Position numbers and translations under genes: made by a program. Under the pieces are notes generated by a model, which searched no databases, was not told where the DNA came from, and was given only the letters and a program-made list of their open reading frames with translations. 64,000 nucleotides of DNA from a virus. The stretch is from positions 32,001-96,000 of IMG/VR virus record IMGVR_UViG_3300044712_002690; one strand, written 5' to 3'. This document shows, piece by piece, positions 18,990-28,273 of the stretch (position 1 is the first letter of the stretch; every line of letters starts with the position of its first letter).

Positions 18990-19523
18990 ATGAAAGTACT
19001 ACAACCACAGTTTAAACAGTTTTGTATTGACAAAGTAGGACAAGAGTGTGCAGAAAAGATTTATTCTTTCTACAAATCTCTTAGTACTAAGCAGCAAGGA
19101 AAGACAGATAAATTTCTTAATCTCTCAGAAAGACGAGAAAGAAGTTTAACCTTTCTTTTAGAAAATTATGGAATAGACAATATTCTAGAAACGATTGACA
19201 TCTTTAATAAGAAAGCGGAATCTGGTGAGCTTACAGTTAATACTATTCCTTATTTTAATAAGATGGTTGAAAATCACTCAATACAAAAGAATAAAAAACC
19301 TGTTCCAAGAACGAATCCTATATTCTTTAAAACTATTACAACTACAATTATTCCAGTTAGAAAAAGAAGTTCAGAGATTAATACCTATGAGATTGATTTA
19401 TTTAATTGGGTATATGAATGTTCTCAGTGTAAAGCAGAATTTACAGGTTGGGATGAACATTGTCCAAAATGCAATTTAACTATAGATTGGGATCACTACA
19501 ATGATAAAAATTCTGAAAAGTAA
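18990..19523 (+). CDS. Hypothetical protein; possible replication-initiator-like C-terminal domain plus zinc ribbon
   Basis: 177 aa; C-terminal CSQC...CPKC; first gene right of the repeat array. Confidence 0.45.
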   Translation: MKVLQPQFKQFCIDKVGQECAEKIYSFYKSLSTKQQGKTDKFLNLSERRERSLTFLLENYGIDNILETIDIFNKKAESGELTVNTIPYFNKMVENHSIQKNKKPVPRTNPIFFKTITTTIIPVRKRSSEINTYEIDLFNWVYECSQCKAEFTGWDEHCPKCNLTIDWDHYNDKNSEK

Positions 19524-19692
19524 AGAGTATAAGTTGTATAAAGAGCTTCAAGATAAAGTAAACTCTCTTCTTAACTGTTCCACTTTATCTACTTCACTAG
19601 ATTTAACTATACTGAAATTAGATGCTTACATGCAAAAAGAAAAACGTGAAAAAGTCTTCAGTTTACGTAAATCAGACATTAGGATTGATTAA
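19501..19692 (+). CDS. Hypothetical protein
   Basis: 63 aa; translationally coupled to its neighbours. Confidence 0.45.
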   Translation: MIKILKSKEYKLYKELQDKVNSLLNCSTLSTSLDLTILKLDAYMQKEKREKVFSLRKSDIRID

Positions 19693-20813
19693 TGATTTTA
19701 TTTTTCAGTGATTTACACATGGGGATTCGCTCCTACAGTCAGCAGTTAAGTAATGGATTATTTACTGCAGAAGAGGAAGCTAGAATTGCTTTAGAATATA
19801 TTTGTAAACGAGCATATAGTTCTGATATAGACGCAGTTATTTTTGGAGGAGATTGGTTTCATACAAATCAACCTACTGCAGAGAATATTAAAGACAGTAT
19901 TTATTGGATAAAGAAATTTGATTCAATAGGAAAACCTTTCTTTCTCATTCCTGGAAATCACGATAGTTCAATGTACTCTAACGGTATGTCCTGGATTAAT
20001 TCACTTGCGCTTGCTAATACACATCTTATTACCTACTCTCCTTTTTCTTATAGATGGAAAGATTGGGATGTAAAGTTTGTTCCTTATAGTTACAGTAAGA
20101 CAATGAGAGATAAAGAAGAAGATGTTTATTCAGCGATTGAAAATACTATTTCAACATCTTCAGATAAAACGATTATTGTAGGACATATTCAAGAAGTTAC
20201 AGCTAAAATTGGTTCTGAATCAATAATGATTTCTAAAGGTGTTGATATTATTGATATGGATACAATTCATATTAAAAATGATATTGTGTTACTTCTTGGT
20301 CATATTCATAAACATCAAGTATATAAGAAAGGAAAAGCTACTGTTTGTTATCCTGGTAATTGTTTTTATCATGATCTGTCTGATGCTAATCAACAAAAAG
20401 GTTTTATTTTATTTGATGAAAATAAGGAAATTACCTTTGAAGCAATTCCTACTATTAGAAAATTTATAACTATTCATATATCTAAGGATATGGATCTTGA
20501 TACTTTAATTTCTAAAAGGAGATTAGTATCAGGAACTGTTGTATTTATTTCAACAGATTTTGAACGCAATGTAGCACTTGAAGATACTTTTAAAACCAAA
20601 CTGACTGAAAAAGGATGTATTTTAGGTGGAGTTAGATGGAAGATAACTGAAGAGGATATGGACCAATCCTTAACTCCTATTACTTCTTCTGATCCATATA
20701 AAATATTAGAAGAAAAAATACATGCAAAAGAAGAGTGGGACAATTTATTTAAGAAAGATGTTTTAGAGAAAGGTTTTACTTATTTAGATAAAGTTAAAGG
20801 TGCAGCTAGTTGA
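19692..20813 (+). CDS. sbcD: SbcD/Mre11-like metallophosphoesterase nuclease
   Basis: Motifs FSDLHMG, GGDWFH, PGNHD, LGHIH, YPG; adjacent to SbcC. Confidence 0.9.
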   Translation: MILFFSDLHMGIRSYSQQLSNGLFTAEEEARIALEYICKRAYSSDIDAVIFGGDWFHTNQPTAENIKDSIYWIKKFDSIGKPFFLIPGNHDSSMYSNGMSWINSLALANTHLITYSPFSYRWKDWDVKFVPYSYSKTMRDKEEDVYSAIENTISTSSDKTIIVGHIQEVTAKIGSESIMISKGVDIIDMDTIHIKNDIVLLLGHIHKHQVYKKGKATVCYPGNCFYHDLSDANQQKGFILFDENKEITFEAIPTIRKFITIHISKDMDLDTLISKRRLVSGTVVFISTDFERNVALEDTFKTKLTEKGCILGGVRWKITEEDMDQSLTPITSSDPYKILEEKIHAKEEWDNLFKKDVLEKGFTYLDKVKGAAS

Positions 20814-22909
20814 TTCTTAATGAAATAGAACTTAAAGGATTTGGATCATATAGAGATCAGAATATTATATCTATACCTGTAGGACTTACAGGTATTGTTG
20901 GTGTTTATGAAGAGAATTCTCTTAAATCAATAGGTTCTGGTAAGTCTACTTTAGTTACTGCTCTTAATTATATTCTTTTTGGTAAAGGTGAATTTGATAA
21001 GATCGAGGAGCTTCTAAATGATCAATTAGGTGAAAAAGATGAATTTTTTGCTGGATGTAAATTCCAACAAGGTGATTCATCTTTTTATGTTAAACGTGGA
21101 AGAAATGGAAGCTCTTATCTTGAGCTTACAGAAAATGGTTCTCCAAGAGGCGAGCCTAAAATAGATGTAAGGACAGAGGAAATTAAAAAAATAGTAGGCA
21201 TGGACTATGATATGTTCACTGCCTCGGTGTTTTTTGAGCAAGACAGATTAAGTAAATTAATAGACACAGATCCATCTGTTAGACGTAATTATGTTGAAAA
21301 AGTTCTTGGTACATCTTTATGGACAGCTGGAAGCAAGTTAATTACTAAAGATAAAAATACTGCGAAAAAAGATGCAGATTTTATAGAAAGCGAAATTATT
21401 AAAATTGACTTAGCTATTTCAGAGCATTTAAAAACGATAGAAGTAGAAGAGACAATCAAAGCTCAATTAGCTATACTAACTAAAGATAAAAAAGATATTG
21501 ACGGACAACTTGCTTCTCTTGATTTTATTAAGTCGAAAAAAGATAAACTTTGTGATTTAGAAAATCAGCAAAATAAGTTGTTTATAAAACTTACTGATTA
21601 TTCAAATAAACTTGAAGCTCATCAACAGAAGTCAAAAAGCATTTTAGAATCAGTAGATGCAGAAAAGAAATCTTTAGCTGAAATTAAATGTGAGCTTTCT
21701 TTACTGTACAAACAAAGAGAAGAAAAAGAAAACGAACTAGAAGCAGCTAAAAATGAAGAATCTTTTGTTCAAGAAATGTTAAATAGTATATTTCAAAAAC
21801 TAACAAAAGATGACGCACAAAAAATTTCACTTTTATCGTCTAAGTTAGATGATGCTTCTGGTATTTGTCCAACATGTAATCAACCTATAACGATTGATTG
21901 TATAAAAAATAAAAACAAAGAAATTGATAAAGCAATTAAAGACTTACAAAAGTTAATTGACATTTCTTTACATGCACAAAAGGAAACTGAAAATAAAAAA
22001 CAGGAAATAGTAGATAAGATAGAACTTATTGAAACTGCATTAAAACAACTCTCTAAAAGAGAAACCGGACTAGTTGATAGAATTAGTACGATAGAAGCTA
22101 ACTTAGCTGGGTCTACAGCTTTTTTAGAATCTGCAGTAGTTATTGAAGAAGAATATAAATCTACAACTAGTAGTACACAAGAGCAATATAACAATATAGA
22201 AAAAGATATTGAAGAGATTACGAAGGAGATTGCTTCTCAAGAAGATAAATTAACTAAATATGAAGAATTAAAAAAGCAACAACTTACTTTATCTTCTTCA
22301 ATTACTGATTTAACTTTAGAACTAGGAAAAATTGTACATATTAAAGAAGATATTAAAAGATTAGAAGAAGAAAAGAAAGAAAAAGAAGCTGTACTCTCTA
22401 TTACACAATATTCAGTAAATATACTGAAAGCTTTAGAAGAAGAATTTGATACAATTCCTTCAGAGATTTTAACATCCTCTGTATATCAAATTGAAAAAGA
22501 AGCATCAGATATTATACATAACTTTATGCCTGAAATGAATGTGTTTGTTAGGGAGGATACAAGTAAAGTAAACAAACCTCTTCAGATCTTTTTTGAAGTA
22601 GAAGGAAAAAGAAGAAATTACAAACGCCTTTCCGGTGGACAGAAAACAATTGCTAATTTAGCATTGCGATTAGGATTTTCAAAAGTTATTTCTTCTAGAG
22701 TAGGAGCACATATTAATTTCTTGATTTTAGATGAACCTTTTGGTTATTTAGATTCATATACACGAGATCTTATTAAAAAAGTCTTGACAGAAATCAATAA
22801 ATGGTTTAAACAAATTATTGTTATTTCCCATGTTGACAATATTCAAGATTTTCCTAATATCATTAAAATAGTTATGAGTCAAGACGGTATAAGTAGAATA
22901 CAAACTTAG
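20810..22909 (+). CDS. sbcC: SbcC/Rad50-like ATPase
   Basis: Walker A GSGKST, long coiled coil with CPTC hook, signature LSGGQ, Walker B LILDEPF, ISH. Confidence 0.92.
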   Translation: MILNEIELKGFGSYRDQNIISIPVGLTGIVGVYEENSLKSIGSGKSTLVTALNYILFGKGEFDKIEELLNDQLGEKDEFFAGCKFQQGDSSFYVKRGRNGSSYLELTENGSPRGEPKIDVRTEEIKKIVGMDYDMFTASVFFEQDRLSKLIDTDPSVRRNYVEKVLGTSLWTAGSKLITKDKNTAKKDADFIESEIIKIDLAISEHLKTIEVEETIKAQLAILTKDKKDIDGQLASLDFIKSKKDKLCDLENQQNKLFIKLTDYSNKLEAHQQKSKSILESVDAEKKSLAEIKCELSLLYKQREEKENELEAAKNEESFVQEMLNSIFQKLTKDDAQKISLLSSKLDDASGICPTCNQPITIDCIKNKNKEIDKAIKDLQKLIDISLHAQKETENKKQEIVDKIELIETALKQLSKRETGLVDRISTIEANLAGSTAFLESAVVIEEEYKSTTSSTQEQYNNIEKDIEEITKEIASQEDKLTKYEELKKQQLTLSSSITDLTLELGKIVHIKEDIKRLEEEKKEKEAVLSITQYSVNILKALEEEFDTIPSEILTSSVYQIEKEASDIIHNFMPEMNVFVREDTSKVNKPLQIFFEVEGKRRNYKRLSGGQKTIANLALRLGFSKVISSRVGAHINFLILDEPFGYLDSYTRDLIKKVLTEINKWFKQIIVISHVDNIQDFPNIIKIVMSQDGISRIQT

Positions 22910-22919
22910 GAGCAGCTCA

Positions 22920-24350
22920 ATGGATGTTATGAATTTATATGAACAGTTTTTAGTACATACAAAATTAAGTGACGCAACATATAAAAGTGTTTTTATGCGA
23001 GTACAAGACATTATACAATCACTTAATCAGATTGAATTTGAGAAATTTAAATATGGTGTAAGAACAGAATCATTTTCAATAGACTTTAACAACCTACATG
23101 AAGATGTAGCACCATCATATGTTGTTGAAACTATTAAAAACTTATTTGATAAGTTTTTTACTTTTCCTAAAGATGGTGAAATTGAACTTGATATTAAGTA
23201 TGGAACTTCTGATTTTCAAGCAACACACAGTAATGGTATCATTACTATTCCACAGCAAATTTCCTTTTTTGAAAAATTAAAAGTATTTCCATTCTTTACA
23301 GTTATGGATTCTCCTGTAGATTATTATGATGAGTTTGATTATCTATTCAAGTTTCTGAATTTAAAAGACCCAGCAAGGACAATTTTTGGACCATTAAAAG
23401 AAGTATTTGATCAACAAACCGCAACAGAAGATGTTGATTCTGGTGAAATTTCACCTAGAACAGCAGCTAGTTATAGCATTATGATTGAAGATTTACAAGA
23501 TAAAAAAGAAAAGATTTTAAAGGAACTTGAGGATATTAAAGCCTCTAAGGATTCTTTATTAGCATTAAAAAATGATTTAGTCCAATTTGCACAATTTAAA
23601 GATAAGTATAATACAGAGTATTCAACACTTGTAGATGAGTTTAATTATCTTAAAGAACAGAAAGCTGGATATCTACAAAAGTATAGTGAGACATTATCTC
23701 TTATTGATGAAATTAATGTTACTCTTGCAGCAATGAAAGATGCAGAAACCAAAGATGAAGCAGAACTCAAGTATCTTGCAGAACGTAAAGTTTATTTTGA
23801 AAGCAGAGGAACTATGCTTACTAACTCTATTAAAGAGCTTAGTGGATTACAAGATACTACAAAGCGCAGAATTGAAGAACTTCAAAATATCTTTAAAAAG
23901 ACAGATAAAATGTCTTTAGAAGATTTAGAGGATATGTCAAAACAAATTGATGTTCTAGATAAGAAACAAGAAAGACTTTTTGCTAATGTAGGATCTATAG
24001 ATAATACAATTCAACAAACAAAAGAAGCTCAGGCTAATGCAAATATTACAATTGAAAGGGCTTCTTATTCAGATCATGTAATACAGAATGCTGGTAATCA
24101 AACAATTCCAGATCATTTAGCTAAACCTGAGATTCCAACTTCTGTTCTAGTTGTAAAAAATTATCTTAGATACTATTTTGTTTATCAATGCGAGAAAAAA
24201 GAAAAGTTCTTATTGACTCAAAAAAGATTTTTCTCTAAACCTCAAGTTAGTAGGTTAGTACTCAAAGAATACTTTGGATTTGAACCTAAAATCATTTTTA
24301 GTAAGCATCCAATTGAAGGATTCAATAATGTTATTTTGGTAGAAGGATAA
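22920..24350 (+). CDS. Hypothetical coiled-coil protein
   Basis: 476 aa with a long heptad-rich middle region. Confidence 0.6.
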   Translation: MDVMNLYEQFLVHTKLSDATYKSVFMRVQDIIQSLNQIEFEKFKYGVRTESFSIDFNNLHEDVAPSYVVETIKNLFDKFFTFPKDGEIELDIKYGTSDFQATHSNGIITIPQQISFFEKLKVFPFFTVMDSPVDYYDEFDYLFKFLNLKDPARTIFGPLKEVFDQQTATEDVDSGEISPRTAASYSIMIEDLQDKKEKILKELEDIKASKDSLLALKNDLVQFAQFKDKYNTEYSTLVDEFNYLKEQKAGYLQKYSETLSLIDEINVTLAAMKDAETKDEAELKYLAERKVYFESRGTMLTNSIKELSGLQDTTKRRIEELQNIFKKTDKMSLEDLEDMSKQIDVLDKKQERLFANVGSIDNTIQQTKEAQANANITIERASYSDHVIQNAGNQTIPDHLAKPEIPTSVLVVKNYLRYYFVYQCEKKEKFLLTQKRFFSKPQVSRLVLKEYFGFEPKIIFSKHPIEGFNNVILVEG

Positions 24351-24353
24351 GCA

Positions 24354-24740
24354 ATGTTTTTTGAGTGGAGAAACTTATTTTCAAAACCTAAAAAATTTAG
24401 TTCGTTAAAAGAAGAATCAGACTTTGTTATTCAGAAGACTGAAATGATAAAAAAAGAACAAGAACAATTAGATTCATTTGAATTTGATAAATTTAAAGAA
24501 AAAGGAAATGAATTTTTTATTTCCTTTTCTGATTTTTTGTTTTTTCTAGAACAAGAAGATTATGATTTAAATGATATCTTAGCTAGATTTAAACACATAG
24601 GTGAATTAAATAAAGAAAAGTTTTCTTTTGTAGAAGCGTATGCAACTACTACAAAAGATGGTATTCACTTATCGATGAATCCTTCTGATAAGAAAAGTAC
24701 TAAAGTTAAAATTGTTTCTTTACGGACCTCAAGAAAATGA
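24354..24740 (+). CDS. Hypothetical protein
   Basis: 128-aa ORF in the operon. Confidence 0.55.
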   Translation: MFFEWRNLFSKPKKFSSLKEESDFVIQKTEMIKKEQEQLDSFEFDKFKEKGNEFFISFSDFLFFLEQEDYDLNDILARFKHIGELNKEKFSFVEAYATTTKDGIHLSMNPSDKKSTKVKIVSLRTSRK

Positions 24741-24961
24741 TAGAATGGTCTCTTGTTATAGCTGGTATAGTTGGAGCTATTCTCAATATTTTAAAGAATA
24801 AATGGTGTTTTGTTATTTGGGGTATTTGCAATATAGGATGGGTTATATTCTACATAAATTTGAAAGCTTACCCTCAAGTAATACTATTTGGATTCTATTT
24901 TTTAACTACATTGTGGGGACTTTATCAATGGTACACAGATGATAAAAGAAACCCACAATAG
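24737..24961 (+). CDS. Small 3-TM PnuC-like (half-size) membrane protein
   Basis: Three hydrophobic segments and the pattern KWCFVIWGICNIGW...WGLYQW resemble short phage PnuC-family proteins. Confidence 0.55.
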   Translation: MIEWSLVIAGIVGAILNILKNKWCFVIWGICNIGWVIFYINLKAYPQVILFGFYFLTTLWGLYQWYTDDKRNPQ

Positions 24962-24971
24962 TTTTATGTGA

Positions 24972-25754
24972 ATGGTAATTGCTATGAATGAAATAGTTAT
25001 TCATCCTGATAATACACAAGTAGAAGTAGTTTCAGAAACACCCGCTTCTGTTAGAGAAAGATACGGTTTTTATGTTTCAAAACCTCCTCTATGTCCTATT
25101 TGTAATAAAAGAAACCACATGGAGATAAATCTTCTAAGAGCACGTGATCATTTATCACTAGATCAAATTGTTCAAACAGTTCAGAATCCCGGTGTTACAA
25201 GAGGAGCTCTTGTAAAGCATTTTGATAATCATTTTATTCTTCTTCCTGCTCAAAAGAAAATATTAGATTTAAAAGAAGACTGTGCTCCTGAATCTTTAGA
25301 AATCGTAAGTAAAGTATTTGATGGTGAAGTAGATATTTTTTCTGCTTCACAAAGTATATTAAAATCTCAAGCAACAAGATTGCACGTAGTAGTTAAGAGA
25401 CTTGAATTTTTAAATCATCACCTAGAAAATGATTCAGCAGATGATATTGATAAACAAGAGTTTATTCAATTGCATAAAGTTGCTTCTGACATTGAAAACT
25501 CAATGCAGAAAACATATAGCATTATGGATAAGAAACTCTTTCCTACAAGTAAAGAAGAATTATCAAGTGCTATTTTACAGTATAAACTTACTGTGCTATC
25601 AAAATTAATTGATAGTATTCAATTAGTGTTGCTTGAACTTGAAAGGAATCCAAAATATACTTCTGCTATTTCTGCTGTACGAGAAGAATTAGCTAAAAGA
25701 ATTGGTAATATTGAGGATGAGGTTCTTAAATCTGGTGGAATAATACATAACTGA
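24972..25754 (+). CDS. Zn-binding HTH protein with helical C-terminus (possible small terminase-like)
   Basis: CPIC...H...SLDQIV...LVKHFDNH pattern followed by helical segments. Confidence 0.35.
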   Translation: MVIAMNEIVIHPDNTQVEVVSETPASVRERYGFYVSKPPLCPICNKRNHMEINLLRARDHLSLDQIVQTVQNPGVTRGALVKHFDNHFILLPAQKKILDLKEDCAPESLEIVSKVFDGEVDIFSASQSILKSQATRLHVVVKRLEFLNHHLENDSADDIDKQEFIQLHKVASDIENSMQKTYSIMDKKLFPTSKEELSSAILQYKLTVLSKLIDSIQLVLLELERNPKYTSAISAVREELAKRIGNIEDEVLKSGGIIHN

Positions 25755-25771
25755 AGATAGGAGAAAATTAA

Positions 25772-26212
25772 ATGAAAAAAATTTCTGTTCCTGTAGTTAA
25801 TAAGTCTAAAAATACTCTTCCTTCTTATGAGTCAGAAGGAGCTTCCGGTATTGACCTTAAAGCTAGCTTGGAACGACCTGTGGAAATTCTGCCTTTTCAA
25901 ACAGTTATTATACCTACTGATTGCTACATGCAAATACCTAAAGGTTATGAAATGCAAGTAAGGCCTAGAAGTGGTTTAGCAGTAAAGTATGGTATCAGTG
26001 TAATGAATGCACCCGGAACTATTGATGCTGATTTTCGTGGAAATATTTCTATAATTTTAGTTAATTTTGGTAAGAATACTTTTATTGTAAATAATGGTGA
26101 TAGGATTGCTCAAGGAGTATTTTGTCCTATTGTTAAAGTTAAATTTAAAGCTGTTAGTGACCTTGAAACTACTAATAGAGGTTCAAACGGCTTTGGTTCT
26201 ACAGGTATTTAA
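25772..26212 (+). CDS. dut: Trimeric dUTPase
   Basis: Motifs ASGIDL, RPRSGLA, GTIDADFRG, DRIAQ, RGSNGFGSTG. Confidence 0.96.
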   Translation: MKKISVPVVNKSKNTLPSYESEGASGIDLKASLERPVEILPFQTVIIPTDCYMQIPKGYEMQVRPRSGLAVKYGISVMNAPGTIDADFRGNISIILVNFGKNTFIVNNGDRIAQGVFCPIVKVKFKAVSDLETTNRGSNGFGSTGI

Positions 26213-26214
26213 TC

Positions 26215-26628
26215 ATGGCAACTAATTCAGTAGATGCTGTTTTAATTAATGCAACTAATATAGAAGTGTATGCTAATTTATTATCTTTGCATTTAGATAA
26301 AAAAGATGATATAGGTCAACTTCAAATACAAAGCATTATTCAATTAGCGCAAGATATTGCAACACACACAGAAATAATGAGGCAGCATCTTATTGATAGA
26401 GAGAATACAATTGAATCCTTAAAATCTACTTTCACTAATTTTAATGATGAATTGGATTATGATGAGTATGAATCAACTACTAATACAGCTTCTTCTACTA
26501 AATCAAGTAGAGGAGCTAAAACAGGTAAAGTAAATAGTCATACAAACTATCCACCTCCTGCACCTGAAGTAGAAAAAGAAGAAGTTAAACCTCCAATAAA
26601 CCCCTTTTTAGATCAGACTAATACTTAA
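26215..26628 (+). CDS. Hypothetical protein
   Basis: 137 aa with a disordered C-terminus. Confidence 0.55.
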   Translation: MATNSVDAVLINATNIEVYANLLSLHLDKKDDIGQLQIQSIIQLAQDIATHTEIMRQHLIDRENTIESLKSTFTNFNDELDYDEYESTTNTASSTKSSRGAKTGKVNSHTNYPPPAPEVEKEEVKPPINPFLDQTNT

Positions 26629-26634
26629 TTTTAT

Positions 26635-26680
26635 ATCCCCTTTCTCTATTTTTTACAAAAAGTAGAAAGGGGATTTCTTT
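26635..26680 (+). terminator. Stem-loop (terminator-like) overlapping the RBS of the next gene
   Basis: ATCCCCTTTCT...AGAAAGGGGAT 11-bp stem followed by TTCTTT. Confidence 0.55.
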
Positions 26681-27359
26681 GAATATTCTTAATCTAACAG
26701 ATAGTGGTTTTACAAGAGTATTTGTTGTTGGTAGTCTTAATGGAGATTACTTTAAACTTATTGATTTGCTTTATGAGCAACAATTTACATATAGCGATGG
26801 TTTAGTACTTTGTGGTAATTTTGTAAATCAGGAATCTGATAATTTATTTGATATTTTTCATTTTTTAAAGAATAATAAGAATTGTTTTTCCGTTTTAGGA
26901 AAAAATGAAGTTGATTTTGTAGAAGCTTATAAAGAAGATAAACTACCTGAATTTTTACAAACACTAGTAGACACAGCGATTATTGAATACTTAGAAACAC
27001 TACCTTTAGCAATACAATTTGATAACTTTTTAGTTGTTAACGCAGGTATAGAACCTTCCAAAGAACTCCCAGATCAAGACGATAAAGTGTTTTATTCAAT
27101 TCCTTTATATGATAGGGAATCTAGGTATTATCAGTTTGAAAATCCAGAAAGTAAGTCCTGGTTTGATTTTACATTTGATCCATTAAAAATCTGCTTTACA
27201 AATAATTCTATTGAAGAAACAACAGTTGAAGCAGGATATAACTTAAAATCTTCCACATCAAATTTAGTTTGTCTAATTATAACGCCACAAAACGAAGTTC
27301 CTGTTATCATATCTGTAGAAGATAATATTTTAAAGAACAATTATGAGGTTAGACCGTGA
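26679..27359 (+). CDS. Calcineurin-like phosphoesterase homolog lacking metal ligands
   Basis: VVGSLNGD, CGNFVNQE, LGKNE and VNAG sit at the positions of GDIHG, GDxxDRG, GNHE and HAG. Confidence 0.7.
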   Translation: MNILNLTDSGFTRVFVVGSLNGDYFKLIDLLYEQQFTYSDGLVLCGNFVNQESDNLFDIFHFLKNNKNCFSVLGKNEVDFVEAYKEDKLPEFLQTLVDTAIIEYLETLPLAIQFDNFLVVNAGIEPSKELPDQDDKVFYSIPLYDRESRYYQFENPESKSWFDFTFDPLKICFTNNSIEETTVEAGYNLKSSTSNLVCLIITPQNEVPVIISVEDNILKNNYEVRP

Positions 27360-27676
27360 GATCAAGATTCGATGCTGACAGATTTGTAGAAAGATTAGCA
27401 GCTTCACAAGAAGTTATGTCTTTTGAAGTAGTAGAAGATTTATATGATTTTTCAGGAAATAATGCACAATTTCTTATACAGTTAGGTGTTGTAGGCCAGT
27501 ATGAAGTAAATCAGTTTTTATTTAAGAAAAAAGGACAAAGATTTGTTCGTATTGGTGAAAATACGTATGAAGCAGGTTCCCTTGTTTCGGGGTCAGGAGA
27601 ATCAGCAGTTTGGAATATTACTTCAGATGAAATAGAAGATTTAGTATATAGAAATTTAGTTAAAATAGTAGGGTAG
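27356..27676 (+). CDS. Hypothetical protein with leader variant FVERLAAS
   Basis: 106 aa; GTG start overlapping the previous stop. Confidence 0.55.
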   Translation: MRSRFDADRFVERLAASQEVMSFEVVEDLYDFSGNNAQFLIQLGVVGQYEVNQFLFKKKGQRFVRIGENTYEAGSLVSGSGESAVWNITSDEIEDLVYRNLVKIVG

Positions 27677-27681
27677 TTAAT

Positions 27682-28233
27682 ATGAGAAGTCAGGTTCTTG
27701 AACATTTTTATAGACGATTATCTGGCGAAGATTATGCAGCACCAGGATCTTCAATGTATCTTTCAGTAGAAGAAATTGCTAAAATATTATTTGGTGGAAT
27801 GCCTGGAATTATACAAGAATTTATAACATATCAAATTCTGGAGCATTTTAAAGATACAAGTTTTACTGATGACGACGATATGTATTATAATATAGAAGAT
27901 AAAGCGCTACTTGCATTTTTAGACTTACTTAAACAAGACGGAGAATTTTTTAAAGTAAGTAATAATTTAGAGGAATCTTTAAAGTTTGTTCGTGATCCCG
28001 ATGAATATATGCAATCTTTGTTAGATGATGGCATATCAGAGGATTATATTGATACTATGTATCATGTTGTTGGGATAGGACCTTCTTTTGAGAATCTTCC
28101 TCCGATTATTAATTACGTTAATGTTCCTGTAGTTACAGGATCGACAGCTGGTACTCATAGAGAAGCAACAGTACCTGCGCTAGTAACAGTCGATGGTGAT
28201 TTACTTGTAACAAGCTCATCGTTGGAAATTTAA
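27682..28233 (+). CDS. Acidic protein with leader FYRRLSG
   Basis: 183 aa. Confidence 0.6.
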   Translation: MRSQVLEHFYRRLSGEDYAAPGSSMYLSVEEIAKILFGGMPGIIQEFITYQILEHFKDTSFTDDDDMYYNIEDKALLAFLDLLKQDGEFFKVSNNLEESLKFVRDPDEYMQSLLDDGISEDYIDTMYHVVGIGPSFENLPPIINYVNVPVVTGSTAGTHREATVPALVTVDGDLLVTSSSLEI

Positions 28234-28273
28234 TATTTAATAGAAATTTAGTTAAAATAACAGGATAGTTATC

